Of a stretch of DNA of 64,000 nt, positions 9,691-19,034 are shown one piece after another (within the stretch, counting starts at the first letter, position 1; every line of letters begins with the position of its first letter). This DNA is from Longimicrobiales bacterium (lineage in GTDB: Bacteria > Gemmatimonadota > Gemmatimonadetes > Longimicrobiales > Gaopeijiaceae): assembly GCA_965223195.1 (NCBI GenBank), contig CBDCVX010000019.1:96258-160257 (forward strand), written 5' to 3'. The notes beneath the pieces were generated by a model. It was not told the DNA's origin. It saw only the letters and a list, made by a program, of their open reading frames with translations, and did no database searches. The translations under genes and the position numbers were made by a program.

Positions 9691-9847
9691 CTGCGGGCCT
9701 GGGGACGCTCGGATCCCGCGGCCGGCCGTGCTACGTAGCGACCATCAACCGACTAGGTCCTTTGGCGTAGGGTGCGCAGGAGGCCGAACGAACAGGTTGA
9801 GAGGCCGAGCGAATGCCACACGAGCTGGGGGAGGCATGCGTGGTTGA

Positions 9848-10323
9848 AGGGGGAAGCGGTGGACCCGACGGTCGGTGATCCTGCCGGCACGGTCGCCCTG
9901 TTGGGGTCCGTGCTGGCAGGGTCGTTCGTCAGCAGCCTAGTGCCGCTCGTGAACGCGGAAGTCCTGGCTGTCGGTGCCGCCGTCCTCGCTCCCCGGAGGC
10001 TCGGGTTCGCCGTGGCGTTGACCGTGGCGATCGGGCAGATGGTGGGAAAGACGCTGCTGTATGGAGCCGGAACGGCCGGCCGTCGACGATCATCTGAACG
10101 GGTCGCGCGACTGATCGCCCGGATCGAAGAACGTCGGAACGCGACGCACCTCACGTTCTTTGCCAGCGCGGTCCTGGGCCTGCCTCCCTTCTACCTGATG
10201 ACGCTGGCCGCCGGTGCGGTCGGGATCCGGCTTCCCCAGTTCCTCGTCCTCGGCCTGCTCGGACGTCTGCTGCGCTTCTACCTGTTGGTTCAAGTTCCTC
10301 ACGTCGCGGAATGGTTTACATGA
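9848..10323 (+). CDS. YqaA/DedA-like small inner-membrane protein (VTT domain)
   Basis: VDPTVGDPAGTVALLGSVLAGSFVSSLVPLVNAEVLAVGAAV... matches the YqaA-family N-terminal pattern; GTG start after an AAGGGGGAAG SD. The upstream part of ORF 9772 is probably not translated. Confidence 0.6.
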
Positions 10324-11180
10324 ACGTGCTGATCTCCATCCTGGTCGGCTTCCTTGTCGGAGCTCACATCGCCATGTGGGGGATGTACAAGGACGCACCC
10401 CACGAAGGATTCACGTTGCGCCGGTTCTCACGGAGCATCCTGTTGGCCACCGGAATCGCGCCGATCGTCGCGCTGGTGTTCGGGCTGGACTCCACCTCCG
10501 CGTCGGGCATGGTCCTGCTGTTCGGGCTGACCTACGCGATGGAGCGGGCGGTGAACGAGTTCTACAAGACCTTCGTGCGGGAGGAGGACCAGTCCAAGTA
10601 TTTCATCCCGATGCAGTTCCACGTCCTGGGGAGGGTCGTGCAAAGCCGATGGCTCCGCCTCGCTGCCGGAGCGGGCATGGTGGGGTTCGCGCTGGTGCTT
10701 CTCGGGCTCGTCCGGTTCCTGGAATCGGCCCCGGGTCCGGAGCTGCCTCGGACCCTGCTGGCGGCCAGCCTGGGTGGGTGGTTCGCGGCGTTTGGTGGCG
10801 CATGGAAGGACGCGCCCATCGAAGGGTTCGAACTGTTCAAGTTCTTCCGCAGCCCCGCCGTAGCCGGGTTCTTCGGATGGTTGGTATCTCCCCTGACGCA
10901 GAGCTTGGTGGTGGTGAGTCTGTGCGGAGTCGGATTCAGCGTGGCCACGCTAGAAACCTACAAGACGTTCTTCTTTCCCAGCCGGCCGCGGGGGAAATTC
11001 GCCGGCAAGCCTGTCCTCTATCCGTCCATGCTCCGGCGGCGGCGGTACGCAGTGCCGCTTTACGTCTTGATCTGGGCTGTGCTCGGAGCGGCCTTCGTCG
11101 CCTCCTATCCAGACGCGGCGGCCGCAGACGCGTCCGGAGGCCACGCGACGACCTCCGCGGGCAGGAGCGCTAGCCGGTGA
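10320..11180 (+). CDS. Polytopic membrane protein with internal two-fold duplication (hypothetical)
   Basis: The ATG overlaps the previous stop as ATGA (coupling). Two modules each contain W(G)MYKDAPHEGF / GGAWKDAPIEGF followed by hydrophobic helices. Confidence 0.6.
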   Translation: MNVLISILVGFLVGAHIAMWGMYKDAPHEGFTLRRFSRSILLATGIAPIVALVFGLDSTSASGMVLLFGLTYAMERAVNEFYKTFVREEDQSKYFIPMQFHVLGRVVQSRWLRLAAGAGMVGFALVLLGLVRFLESAPGPELPRTLLAASLGGWFAAFGGAWKDAPIEGFELFKFFRSPAVAGFFGWLVSPLTQSLVVVSLCGVGFSVATLETYKTFFFPSRPRGKFAGKPVLYPSMLRRRRYAVPLYVLIWAVLGAAFVASYPDAAAADASGGHATTSAGRSASR

Positions 11181-11589
11181 ATCCGACTTCCCGGTGACTG
11201 TTGTCGCAGAAGGGCTTGTTCTTGGACGCGCCGCAGCGGCACAGCGCCACCCGGGTGGCCTCGCCGGATGTCCGATCCGCCGGATCGGAGAGGTGGAGTG
11301 ATCCGGTCACGTAGAGCGGACCGTCCATCACCAGCCTCACCGTGCTCTCGGGAGGAGCCGCCTCGTTCGGATGCCCGTCCTTCCGCCGGTAGTAGAGGGC
11401 GCCGGTCGGACACCGCTCGATCACTCCGGCGATCTCATCGGCCGTGGCGCCGTCCGGGCTCACCCACGGACGGGCCGAGGGGTCGAACACGCCCGGCAGT
11501 CCACGGACGCACTCCGCCGCGTGAATACAACGTCGTGCGTCGTACGACACCTCGATGGACTCGCCCTCGTACTGGTGGATGCGTCCCAC
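11170..11589 (-). CDS. CDGSH iron-sulfur domain protein with N-terminal divergent 4Fe-4S mono-cluster (DUF1271-like) domain
   Basis: CRCGASKNKPFCDNSH is a CDGSH-type motif; the upstream CIHAAECVRGLPGVFD...CPTGAL is ferredoxin-like. Start probably the GTG after GGAGGG at 11589 (the ORF-track ATG at 11634 lacks an SD). Confidence 0.65.
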   Translation of the reverse strand: MGRIHQYEGESIEVSYDARRCIHAAECVRGLPGVFDPSARPWVSPDGATADEIAGVIERCPTGALYYRRKDGHPNEAAPPESTVRLVMDGPLYVTGSLHLSDPADRTSGEATRVALCRCGASKNKPFCDNSHREVGFTG

Positions 11590-11681
11590 GGTCCCTCCTG
11601 GTGGACGTTGCGAGCGTGACCCGGTGATGAACACATCCCGCGGGCGTTGTCCGGTCTGCTACCCTGCATGTGCCGCCGGAG

Positions 11682-13217
11682 TTACGCCTGGGCCTGTAGG
11701 GCCTCCAGAAACTCGGCCCCGTATTTTTCCAGCTTGACCGGACCCACGCCGGGGACCGTCATCAACTCTTCCGTGGAACGCGGGCGCCGCACGGCCATTT
11801 CACGCAGGGTTCGATCGCTGAACACGATGTAGGCCGGCACCCGGTCCCGATCGGCCAGACGCTTTCGGAGGGCTCGCAGCGCCTGGAACGTGGGTTCGTC
11901 CCCCGCCTCGAGGTGCGCGAGCGGCGCGGCCTTTCGCGGGCGGCGGGCCGCGGGGCTCGCCGCCGATTCGATCCATCCCGCCTGCGCGTTCGCGGCACGC
12001 TCCGCGACCGAGATTCCGCTGCACATGTCGCAGGATTCTCCGCAGTCCGCGATCTCCTCGTCGAAGTACGCCACGAGGCGCCGGTGCCGGCATCCGCCGC
12101 GGTCGACGAGTCGGAACAGATCGACGGTCGCCTGCTGTTTTCTCCGGCGGACTTCGGCGTCGTGAATGTCCGTGAGAAACCGCTCGTGCAGCTTGACGTC
12201 CGCCCACGAGTAAAACAGGAAGCAGTCGCTGATCAGGCCGTCCCTTCCCGCGCGGCCGATCTCCTGGTACCACGACTCGATGTCCTTCGGCATGTCGCGG
12301 TGGATCACAAACCGCACGTTGGATTTGTCGATGCCCATCCCGAACGCCACGGTGGCCACGATCACGTCGACGTCGTCGTTTTGGAACGCTTCCTGGTTGC
12401 TGGCCCGTTCCGCGGCGGGCAGTCCGGCGTGATAGGGGCGCACACGAAGTCCCTCACGCTCCAGAAAGGCCGCGGTCTGATCCACGCCCTTTCGGGAAAG
12501 GCAGTACACGATCCCGCTTTGCCCGGACCGCTCCCGGAGCAAGCCCAGGATCTCGCGGCGGGTCTCGCCCTGCCCCTTTTTCCGTACGCCGATATGCAGG
12601 TTGGGCCGGAAGAAGGAGCCTTTGTACCCGGCCGGGGACTTCATGCCGAGTTGGCGTAGGATATCGACCGCTACCCTTCGGGTAGCCGTGGCCGTCAGCG
12701 CAAGTACCGGAGCGTTCAACGCTGCACGCAATCCCGACAGGCGCCGATACGACGGGCGGAAGTCGTGGCCCCACTGGGAAATACAGTGGGCCTCGTCTAC
12801 GACCAACAACGAAATGGGGCACTCGCTCACCACCGTGCGCAGGTAGCCGTCGAGTGCCTCCGGTGCCATGTAAACGAGTTCGTAAGCGCCGTGACGGAGC
12901 CCCTGCAGTCGCGTTCGCCGCTCCTCACGATCGAGCGACGAGTTGATCTGCGTGGCGCGAAAGCCGTGCGCCAGCAGTCCGTCAACCTGATCCTTCATCA
13001 GGCTGATGAGAGGAGAGATGACCAGGACCGTGCCATCCAACAAACGGGCGGGAATCTGGTACGTAAGCGATTTGCCGGCGCCGGTCGGCATCACCGCGAT
13101 GCAGTCCTTTCCGGCGAGCACGGCGTCGATGACCTCCCGCTGTCCGGGGCGGAACTTCTCGAAGCCGAACACACCCGTAAGGACGGAGTGCGCGGCGGGT
13201 CGGGAGTCGGTCGTCAT
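11682..13217 (-). CDS. recQ: ATP-dependent DNA helicase RecQ (helicase + RQC + HRDC)
   Basis: [58 protein letters not shown], zinc-binding CGESCDMC and a C-terminal HRDC-like segment; likely start MTTDSRP at 13217. Confidence 0.9.
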   Translation of the reverse strand: MTTDSRPAAHSVLTGVFGFEKFRPGQREVIDAVLAGKDCIAVMPTGAGKSLTYQIPARLLDGTVLVISPLISLMKDQVDGLLAHGFRATQINSSLDREERRTRLQGLRHGAYELVYMAPEALDGYLRTVVSECPISLLVVDEAHCISQWGHDFRPSYRRLSGLRAALNAPVLALTATATRRVAVDILRQLGMKSPAGYKGSFFRPNLHIGVRKKGQGETRREILGLLRERSGQSGIVYCLSRKGVDQTAAFLEREGLRVRPYHAGLPAAERASNQEAFQNDDVDVIVATVAFGMGIDKSNVRFVIHRDMPKDIESWYQEIGRAGRDGLISDCFLFYSWADVKLHERFLTDIHDAEVRRRKQQATVDLFRLVDRGGCRHRRLVAYFDEEIADCGESCDMCSGISVAERAANAQAGWIESAASPAARRPRKAAPLAHLEAGDEPTFQALRALRKRLADRDRVPAYIVFSDRTLREMAVRRPRSTEELMTVPGVGPVKLEKYGAEFLEALQAQA

Positions 13218-13400
13218 CTGGGCGGGAGCGGTTACGGGTCGAAGCGCGCACTGGAGCGGGCGAAGATCCAATGTACAAACAACCCGGGTGCGGCGGTGAG
13301 CGACATAGGCTCGCGGGACTCGATCGTCCGGCCAGGTAAACGGGCCGGGGTCGACGTCCGTCTTCCCAGAGAACGTACGGAGCCAACGACGCAGGCCGGG

Positions 13401-13952
13401 ATGCCGTCAATCCATGGATCGCTGGAACGCTGGTTGGGTCGGGCCCGAGAGGGTGACCACGACGCCGAGGGCAGGTTTTTTCGGGAAGTCAGGCCACAGG
13501 TGTTCCGATGGGCCATGGTCAAGACCGGGTCGCCGGACGAGGCGGAAGATCTCACCCAGGACGTGCTCATCCGCGTGCGTGCACGCTGGCACCAGTTCGA
13601 GGGTCGGTCGAGCGTCCGCTCCTGGGTCTACCGGATCCTCCATCACGCGTTTCTGGACCGGTGCCGGTCCCGGGATGCCCGTAGGCGAGCGGAGGAGGCC
13701 GGCAGCGATGGGCTCCCCCGGGCCCGGCGCCCGACGGACCACGCGGACAGTGGGCTCACGGACCTGGTGCGAGGATTCCTGGATCGGCTTTCCGAGCGGC
13801 AGCGCGAGGTGGTCAACCTGGTGGATCTCGAGGGGTTCGAGCCGGCCGAGGTGGCCGACATGGTGGACCTGGACCGCAGCACGGTGCGGGTTCACCTGCA
13901 CCGGGGCCGAAAGGCCTTGAGGGAGATGATCTCGGAGGTATGGGAAAGATGA
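13401..13952 (+). CDS. ECF (sigma-24/sigma-E family) RNA polymerase sigma factor
   Basis: Region 2 ([38 protein letters not shown]) and region 4 ([45 protein letters not shown]). The 5' part of ORF 12765 is antisense to recQ and not real. Confidence 0.85.
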   Translation: MPSIHGSLERWLGRAREGDHDAEGRFFREVRPQVFRWAMVKTGSPDEAEDLTQDVLIRVRARWHQFEGRSSVRSWVYRILHHAFLDRCRSRDARRRAEEAGSDGLPRARRPTDHADSGLTDLVRGFLDRLSERQREVVNLVDLEGFEPAEVADMVDLDRSTVRVHLHRGRKALREMISEVWER

Positions 13953-14356
13953 CCGACGACAACACGCCTCGCCGGCCCTGGACGGATGCGAGCGAAGAGG
14001 CCGAGGTTCGGCGCGCGCTGGCCGCACTGGACCGGGAGCTCCACCGGATCGCAGCACACCGGAGCGAGCGTGTGCCGCTTCCGGGGTCGGTTGCCGCCCA
14101 GCCGGCCGAGCCTATGCCGGGGAGGCGTTGGCACATCGGCCGAAAGGGCCGGCTGGTCATGACGGGGTTGGCCGCCGCTTCCGTCGCCGGGTTGGCGATC
14201 GTCTCCCAGCGGCCCGCGTTCCCGCCCGCCGAGACCGTTCCGTTCGCCGCGTCGGCGCTCGACGTCAGGACCACCCGCCCGTTCGTGGTATTCCAGACCG
14301 GTAATCCGGACCTGGCCATTGTGTGGTTACTCAACGATTCGGAGACCGAAGAATGA
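13940..14356 (+). CDS. Putative anti-sigma factor (single-pass membrane protein)
   Basis: Overlaps the sigma stop (ATG..ATGA); short cytoplasmic N-domain, one TM helix (LVMTGLAAASVAGLAIV), periplasmic tail. This is the classic position for a cognate anti-sigma. Confidence 0.6.
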   Translation: MGKMTDDNTPRRPWTDASEEAEVRRALAALDRELHRIAAHRSERVPLPGSVAAQPAEPMPGRRWHIGRKGRLVMTGLAAASVAGLAIVSQRPAFPPAETVPFAASALDVRTTRPFVVFQTGNPDLAIVWLLNDSETEE

Positions 14357-14880
14357 CGCCGTCCCTGAAACTTCGCAGCCTCGCCGTGCCTCTTCTCGTC
14401 GCCACGCTCATCGGCGGCGTCGGAGAAGCCGGCGCGCAACAGCGTGAGCCGAATGTCCAACTCACGTTTCGCATCATCGAAGCCAACGGATTCGAGGGGG
14501 TGGAGCCCGAGATTTCCGATGTCGTGGAAGAGCTTCAGGAGATCTTTCGCTTCGAGGGATATCGGTTGCTGTCCACCTCGGTGATCAACACGGTGCCGTT
14601 CACCGACTTCTCCCAACGCTTATCGAGTCCACACGGAGCGCGGTTCCATCTCTTCGGGGAGGTGGCGGGTGACCAGGACGGTGACCGGTTCCACCGTTTG
14701 GCGATAGACCTCCGCGACGCAAACGGAACGTTCATGGACGGGAACTGGATTCCGGGGCCCACCGTCCTCAACGCCTCGGTGAACGTTCGCGACGGGCAAA
14801 CGGTGGTGCTCGGATCGGCTCGGCCCACTCCTGATGCCGCTGCGTTGATTCTCGTCGTGACGGCCCGGTTCTCTTACTGA
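14353..14880 (+). CDS. Secreted hypothetical protein, third gene of the ECF sigma operon
   Basis: ATGA overlap with the anti-sigma stop; signal peptide MTPSLKLRSLAVPLLVATLIGGVGEAGAQ. Confidence 0.6.
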   Translation: MTPSLKLRSLAVPLLVATLIGGVGEAGAQQREPNVQLTFRIIEANGFEGVEPEISDVVEELQEIFRFEGYRLLSTSVINTVPFTDFSQRLSSPHGARFHLFGEVAGDQDGDRFHRLAIDLRDANGTFMDGNWIPGPTVLNASVNVRDGQTVVLGSARPTPDAAALILVVTARFSY

Positions 14881-14914
14881 GTGCGCAGTAGGGGAGCCGG
14901 ACACACAAGAAAAC

Positions 14915-14948
14915 GGGCGGCCCCTCGGGGCCGCCCGCAGTCTTTTTC
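14915..14948. terminator. Bidirectional rho-independent terminator between the sigma operon and a convergent lipoprotein gene
   Basis: GGGCGGCCCC-tc-GGGGCCGCCC stem followed by gcagTCTTTTTcgg. Confidence 0.7.
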
Positions 14949-14981
14949 GGCCGACGACTCCAACGAGCCGCGGACCCGCCG

Positions 14982-15737
14982 CTACACCGGATAGAACCGG
15001 AGCTGGAGCAGACGGAGGCCGTTGTTGTCGTACCGCCAGAAGTATCCCTCGAAGCACGGATTGAACAGATCGACCGTGACCGGAATGGAGGGATCGTCGA
15101 AGTCCGGCGTGTCCACGGGGTTCTCACCCAGGCACTCCAGGATCGCGAACTCCTCCGGGATATCCGGATCGAGGAGCAGGCTCACCGTGAGCAGCTCGTC
15201 GGTGACGTCGACGAACTTCTGCTTACCGCGCGTGCGCATGGTCACGTAGCTGTTGAGCGAACAGTACTCGATGCCGTCCTCTTCGGCGCACGTCGTCAGC
15301 GAGGCGCTGCCGCCCGGCTTGCCCAGCGGTCTGGCGTAGACCTCGTACGTGCTGGACACGTCCGCCGGCAACTGGAACGCGGCTTCACCGTCGGTGCCGT
15401 CCTTGTCCAGAACCAGGAACTCGTCCCCCGGGATCAGCTCGATGTCGGTCGTCTGGACGCCCTTGTTCCCCTTCTTCCCCTGCTCCCCACCCAGCTTGAC
15501 GAAGATGACATGGCCACCGGAGTTGTCCGGCATTTGCCGGTCATCCTGCCAGATTCCGATGATGTTGAGGTTGTAGTGGGCTCCGTTGGGAGCGTAGTTG
15601 CCTCTGTCCTTGCCGTGGTCGAACGCAGCGGTGGTCTGGACGGAGCTGGGCGCATTCACGCTCTCCGTACACGCGCCGAGCGCGAAGATGGCCAGGGCTG
15701 CGACAGCGGTGTGCCGCAGGAAGTTGGGACCCTTCAT
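14982..15737 (-). CDS. Hypothetical lipoprotein
   Basis: MKGPNFLRHTAVAALAIFALGAC lipobox; acidic secreted-protein composition; no family recognised. Confidence 0.7.
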   Translation of the reverse strand: MKGPNFLRHTAVAALAIFALGACTESVNAPSSVQTTAAFDHGKDRGNYAPNGAHYNLNIIGIWQDDRQMPDNSGGHVIFVKLGGEQGKKGNKGVQTTDIELIPGDEFLVLDKDGTDGEAAFQLPADVSSTYEVYARPLGKPGGSASLTTCAEEDGIEYCSLNSYVTMRTRGKQKFVDVTDELLTVSLLLDPDIPEEFAILECLGENPVDTPDFDDPSIPVTVDLFNPCFEGYFWRYDNNGLRLLQLRFYPV

Positions 15738-16084
15738 AGATGCCTGCCTTGCCTTATAGGGGGTGCCCGCGGCGGGAGGGTGGGCGACATTTCGCCGGAT
15801 AAGCTACGGGGCCCGCCACGAGACGTGCAACAGTCGAGACCGGCAAGTGCGATGCTATGAGACGCCGGGCTCCGGAGCGGCATGAACGGCTCGGCGTGAA
15901 CACAAGTGGTGTCAAGAGCTTAGGGCGGGGGAGGGGCACGCCGCCCGGCAGTGGCTCTCAGCGGCTCACTGCGGCATTTTGTTGCACCCCGGAGGGCTAT
16001 TTCGGGGCGTTGCGTCTATGCAACACTTCGGCGGGCTATGGTGTGCGCGGCCAGCCTACCGGTTCCTCGTGCCCGTCTCGACCG

Positions 16085-17674
16085 TCAAGAGCCGCCGCGG
16101 GCGAACGTGGACGTGCGGTCCTGGCGGGTGAGGGCCCGCCAGCGCTCCAGCGTCACGAGGTCCCGCTCGCCGGGCACCGCGAACACCGCCTCCTCGGAGG
16201 GATGGGCCCAGGTATTGGCGTCCGACCTGAGCTCGCCGAGGAAGCGTCTCCACGCCGCTTCCTCCAGTTTGCCGACGAGCAGACCCTCCTCCTCTTCGTG
16301 CCCGCTTCCGGTGATCCGATTCGCCTCGAGGGTCAGGTTGCCGTAGAGCGCCTGATAGCGTTCTCCGGTGGCCGCGTTTCGAAGGGTGCGCCCGCCGGCG
16401 GGGCCCATCACCTCGATTCCCCCGCGTCGGTTCCCGCCCAGCACGTTGTTCCGGAACGTGAGGTTGGCCGAGTTGTCCAGTCGAAGTCCGAACCCGTCGT
16501 TCTCGGAAAGTGTGGTCCGACGGACCGTCATGGGGCCCGGATTGGCCTCGATGAAGAGACCGTCTCCGAGGTTGTTCGACAGATCCGAATCCTCGATCCG
16601 CACGTCCCGATTGTCCTCGTCGAGCCAGAGGCCCCGCGACAGGTTGCCTCGGGCCTGGTGCCAGCGGATGACCAGGCCATGGTTCTCGTGGAGCTTGTTC
16701 CCAACGGACCAGCCGTAGTACCCACCCAGATCTCCCCGCCAGTTGTTCCGGTTGGTCGTGGTGGAGTCGACCGCGACGTCCCGATTTCGCCACAGCCGCA
16801 GGCCGTCCCAGCCGTTGTCGTCCAGTCGCGCGTGCCGGATGCGGATCTCCCGCGCTTCTCCGATCCAAAGTCCGCTTCCGTTGTTTTCCCGGACGACCAC
16901 CCCTTCGAAGTGTATGCGTCCGCCGCCGTTGACCCGGACGGCCGACAGCCCGTCCTTCCAGGGCGTGGCGGCGTGTTGCACGGTGATGCCGCTCACGGTC
17001 ACGTCCCACGTGTGTTCCAGCCGAAGCCCGTGTTCCCGGACCGCGACCTCGACCGTTGCGGTCGGCATGTGGACCCCCTCCGGCGGAGAGGCGAGCAGCC
17101 GTCCGGCCCGTTCGTCCACGTAGAACGTGCCGGGTGTCACGCGCTTTCGCTGAGGCACCTGCCGCAGCCTGATGCCGTCCACGAAAACCATCTCTCGCTG
17201 CCGGACGATCGGAGCGACGTACCGCGCACCGCGAGAAGGATCGTCGGCGATGCCCCAGGCGTGGGGCCACGCGTGGGACCAGCGGCCCGAGCCCTCGTCC
17301 TGCCACCCGTCCCAGACGTCCGAGCCGGACACGATCACGGAGCCGGGCGCCGTGGCCTCGATCAGGATCGGAGGCGCCGGGTCGTCGCTCGAGCCGTGGA
17401 ACGCGAGCGTTACGGCCTCTCGATAGGTGCCGGGCGCCACCGCGATTCGCGTCTGGACGCCGGCTCTTCGGTTACGGGTGGCCCGCTCCAGAGCCTCGCC
17501 CAGGGTGCGCAACGGCCTGTCCTCGGAGGCACGGCCGGCGTCGGTGGCCTGCGCATGCTCGATGTCCACGTGCAGGGTCCGGACGTCCTGGGCGGAGGTA
17601 GGGCCCGCCAGTGCCAAAACAGCCGCACACAACTGTAGATGTGCAACGAGAATGGCGGAGGCATTGGAGCGCAT
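16085..17674 (-). CDS. Secreted right-handed parallel beta-helix repeat protein (pectate-lyase-fold, possible glycan-active enzyme)
   Basis: Signal peptide MRSNASAILVAHLQLCAAVLALAGPTSAQD. Repeated xNNxGxGL turns (NNWRGDLGG, LSNNLGDGLF, LSENDGFGLRL, FRNNVLGGNRRGGI). The ORF-track upstream extension (to 17878) is Arg/Pro-rich and unlikely to be translated. Confidence 0.8.
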   Translation of the reverse strand: MRSNASAILVAHLQLCAAVLALAGPTSAQDVRTLHVDIEHAQATDAGRASEDRPLRTLGEALERATRNRRAGVQTRIAVAPGTYREAVTLAFHGSSDDPAPPILIEATAPGSVIVSGSDVWDGWQDEGSGRWSHAWPHAWGIADDPSRGARYVAPIVRQREMVFVDGIRLRQVPQRKRVTPGTFYVDERAGRLLASPPEGVHMPTATVEVAVREHGLRLEHTWDVTVSGITVQHAATPWKDGLSAVRVNGGGRIHFEGVVVRENNGSGLWIGEAREIRIRHARLDDNGWDGLRLWRNRDVAVDSTTTNRNNWRGDLGGYYGWSVGNKLHENHGLVIRWHQARGNLSRGLWLDEDNRDVRIEDSDLSNNLGDGLFIEANPGPMTVRRTTLSENDGFGLRLDNSANLTFRNNVLGGNRRGGIEVMGPAGGRTLRNAATGERYQALYGNLTLEANRITGSGHEEEEGLLVGKLEEAAWRRFLGELRSDANTWAHPSEEAVFAVPGERDLVTLERWRALTRQDRTSTFARGGS

Positions 17675-17899
17675 GCTTCGGGACCGGCTGGGCGGGACGT
17701 GTCCGGGCCCCGTCCGGGCCCGACGCCATTTGTTCACCACTGCAGGCGCCGGGGTTCCCGTGGGCAGGCGTGCGGCCGGCTCCGGCCTCGGTTGTCCCGC
17801 CGGGGTGGATCCTTTATCTCTGGTGACCCGAGTGGGCGGCTCCGCCGCCCGTCGAGCCCATTGTCCGCTTCGAGTCACGCCAATTGGAGGTCACGCACC

Positions 17900-18583
17900 A
17901 TGCTACTAGGGTCGATCCGCTGGTCGTTCGCGGGACTGGCGCTACTGGCGGTGGCCGTCGGTTGCGGAGGGGACGGAGCGGGAGATTCCAACTCCGAACC
18001 GGCCAATCCACTAATGAATCCACAGAACTTCACGGAAACCGCCCCGGACACCTATCGCGCTCGGTTCCAGACGAGCAAGGGCGACTTCGTCATTGAAGTG
18101 CAGCGCGCCTGGTCTCCGCACGGAGCGGACCGTTTCTACAATCTCGTGAAGAACGGCTTCTATGACGACGTGCGGTTCTTCCGGGTCATCAGCGGCTTCA
18201 TGGCGCAGTTCGGCATTTCGGGCGACCCCAACCTTTCCGCCCAGTGGCGCACCGCCTCGATCCTCGACGACCCGGTGGTCGAGAGCAACACCAGGGGCAG
18301 GGTGTCGTTCGCGATGACGGGGAGACCCAATTCTCGCACTACGCAGATCTTCATCAACTTCGGCGACAACTCCAACCTGGACACCAGCGGGTTCGCGCCG
18401 TTCGGAGACGTCGTCGAAGGCATGGACGTGGTGGACCAACTACACGCAGGCTATGGGGAGGGCGCCCCTCGGGGCGCGGGACCCGATCAAGGCATGATCC
18501 AGCAGCGTGGGAACGACTACCTCGAGGCCGATTTCCCGGATCTGGACTACGTGATCTCCACCACGCTGGAGGGAGGGGCCTAG
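17900..18583 (+). CDS. Cyclophilin-type peptidyl-prolyl cis-trans isomerase, lipoprotein
   Basis: FFRVISGFMAQFG, FAMTGRPNSRTTQIFINF, FGDVVEGMDVVDQL cyclophilin motifs; lipobox LLAVAVGCGG; GGAGG SD 9 nt upstream of ATG 17900. Confidence 0.85.
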   Translation: MLLGSIRWSFAGLALLAVAVGCGGDGAGDSNSEPANPLMNPQNFTETAPDTYRARFQTSKGDFVIEVQRAWSPHGADRFYNLVKNGFYDDVRFFRVISGFMAQFGISGDPNLSAQWRTASILDDPVVESNTRGRVSFAMTGRPNSRTTQIFINFGDNSNLDTSGFAPFGDVVEGMDVVDQLHAGYGEGAPRGAGPDQGMIQQRGNDYLEADFPDLDYVISTTLEGGA

Positions 18584-18590
18584 AGGTCGC

Positions 18591-18959
18591 ATGAGCGGGA
18601 AAAAGCGGCTGATCGTAGTCGGCGACCGCGTGCTGGTAGCGCCGGAGGACGGAGAGGAGCGCACGCGCGTGGGCCTATACCTGCCTGCCACCGCGATGGA
18701 GAAACAATCCGTACAGGGCGGGACCGTCGTCGCCACGGGTCCGGGGACGCCGGTTTCGGCTCCTGCTGAACTATCCGAGGAGCCGTGGAAGATCGGGTCG
18801 CCGGAGCCCAAGTACATGCCCATGCAGGCGAGGCCCGGCGACTTTGCGATCTTCTTCCGCAAGGCGGCGGTCGAGATCACGTTCGAGGGCGACAAGTATC
18901 TGGTGGTGCCTCAGGCCGCCATTCTCACGCTGGTACGGGAAGAAGACGACATCGACTGA
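18591..18959 (+). CDS. GroES-like (Cpn10-fold) protein with internal insertion
   Basis: KRLIVVGDRVLVAPEDGEERTRVGLYLP...GGTVVATGPG mirrors the GroES N-terminal beta-hairpin and mobile-loop layout, but the protein is 122 aa with an extra acidic segment. Confidence 0.55.
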   Translation: MSGKKRLIVVGDRVLVAPEDGEERTRVGLYLPATAMEKQSVQGGTVVATGPGTPVSAPAELSEEPWKIGSPEPKYMPMQARPGDFAIFFRKAAVEITFEGDKYLVVPQAAILTLVREEDDID

Positions 18960-19034
18960 CCCCGGTCGAACCGCACAGTTCTTGCTCGTTGGGGCGGCAG
19001 TACACCCGCACCGCATCTCCAGGGGGCCCGGCCG

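Noticed and set aside
12765-13400. N-terminal 212 aa of the 395-aa ORF containing the ECF sigma factor
   Set aside because: That part is antisense to recQ; the sigma-70 region 2 begins just after ATG 13401
15857-17638. 593-aa + strand ORF (and several 100-400-aa ORFs) covering the beta-helix gene region
   Set aside because: Arg/Pro/Gly-rich translation with no hydrophobic core pattern or motifs; it is the antisense shadow of a convincingly coding minus-strand gene in a roughly 70% GC genome
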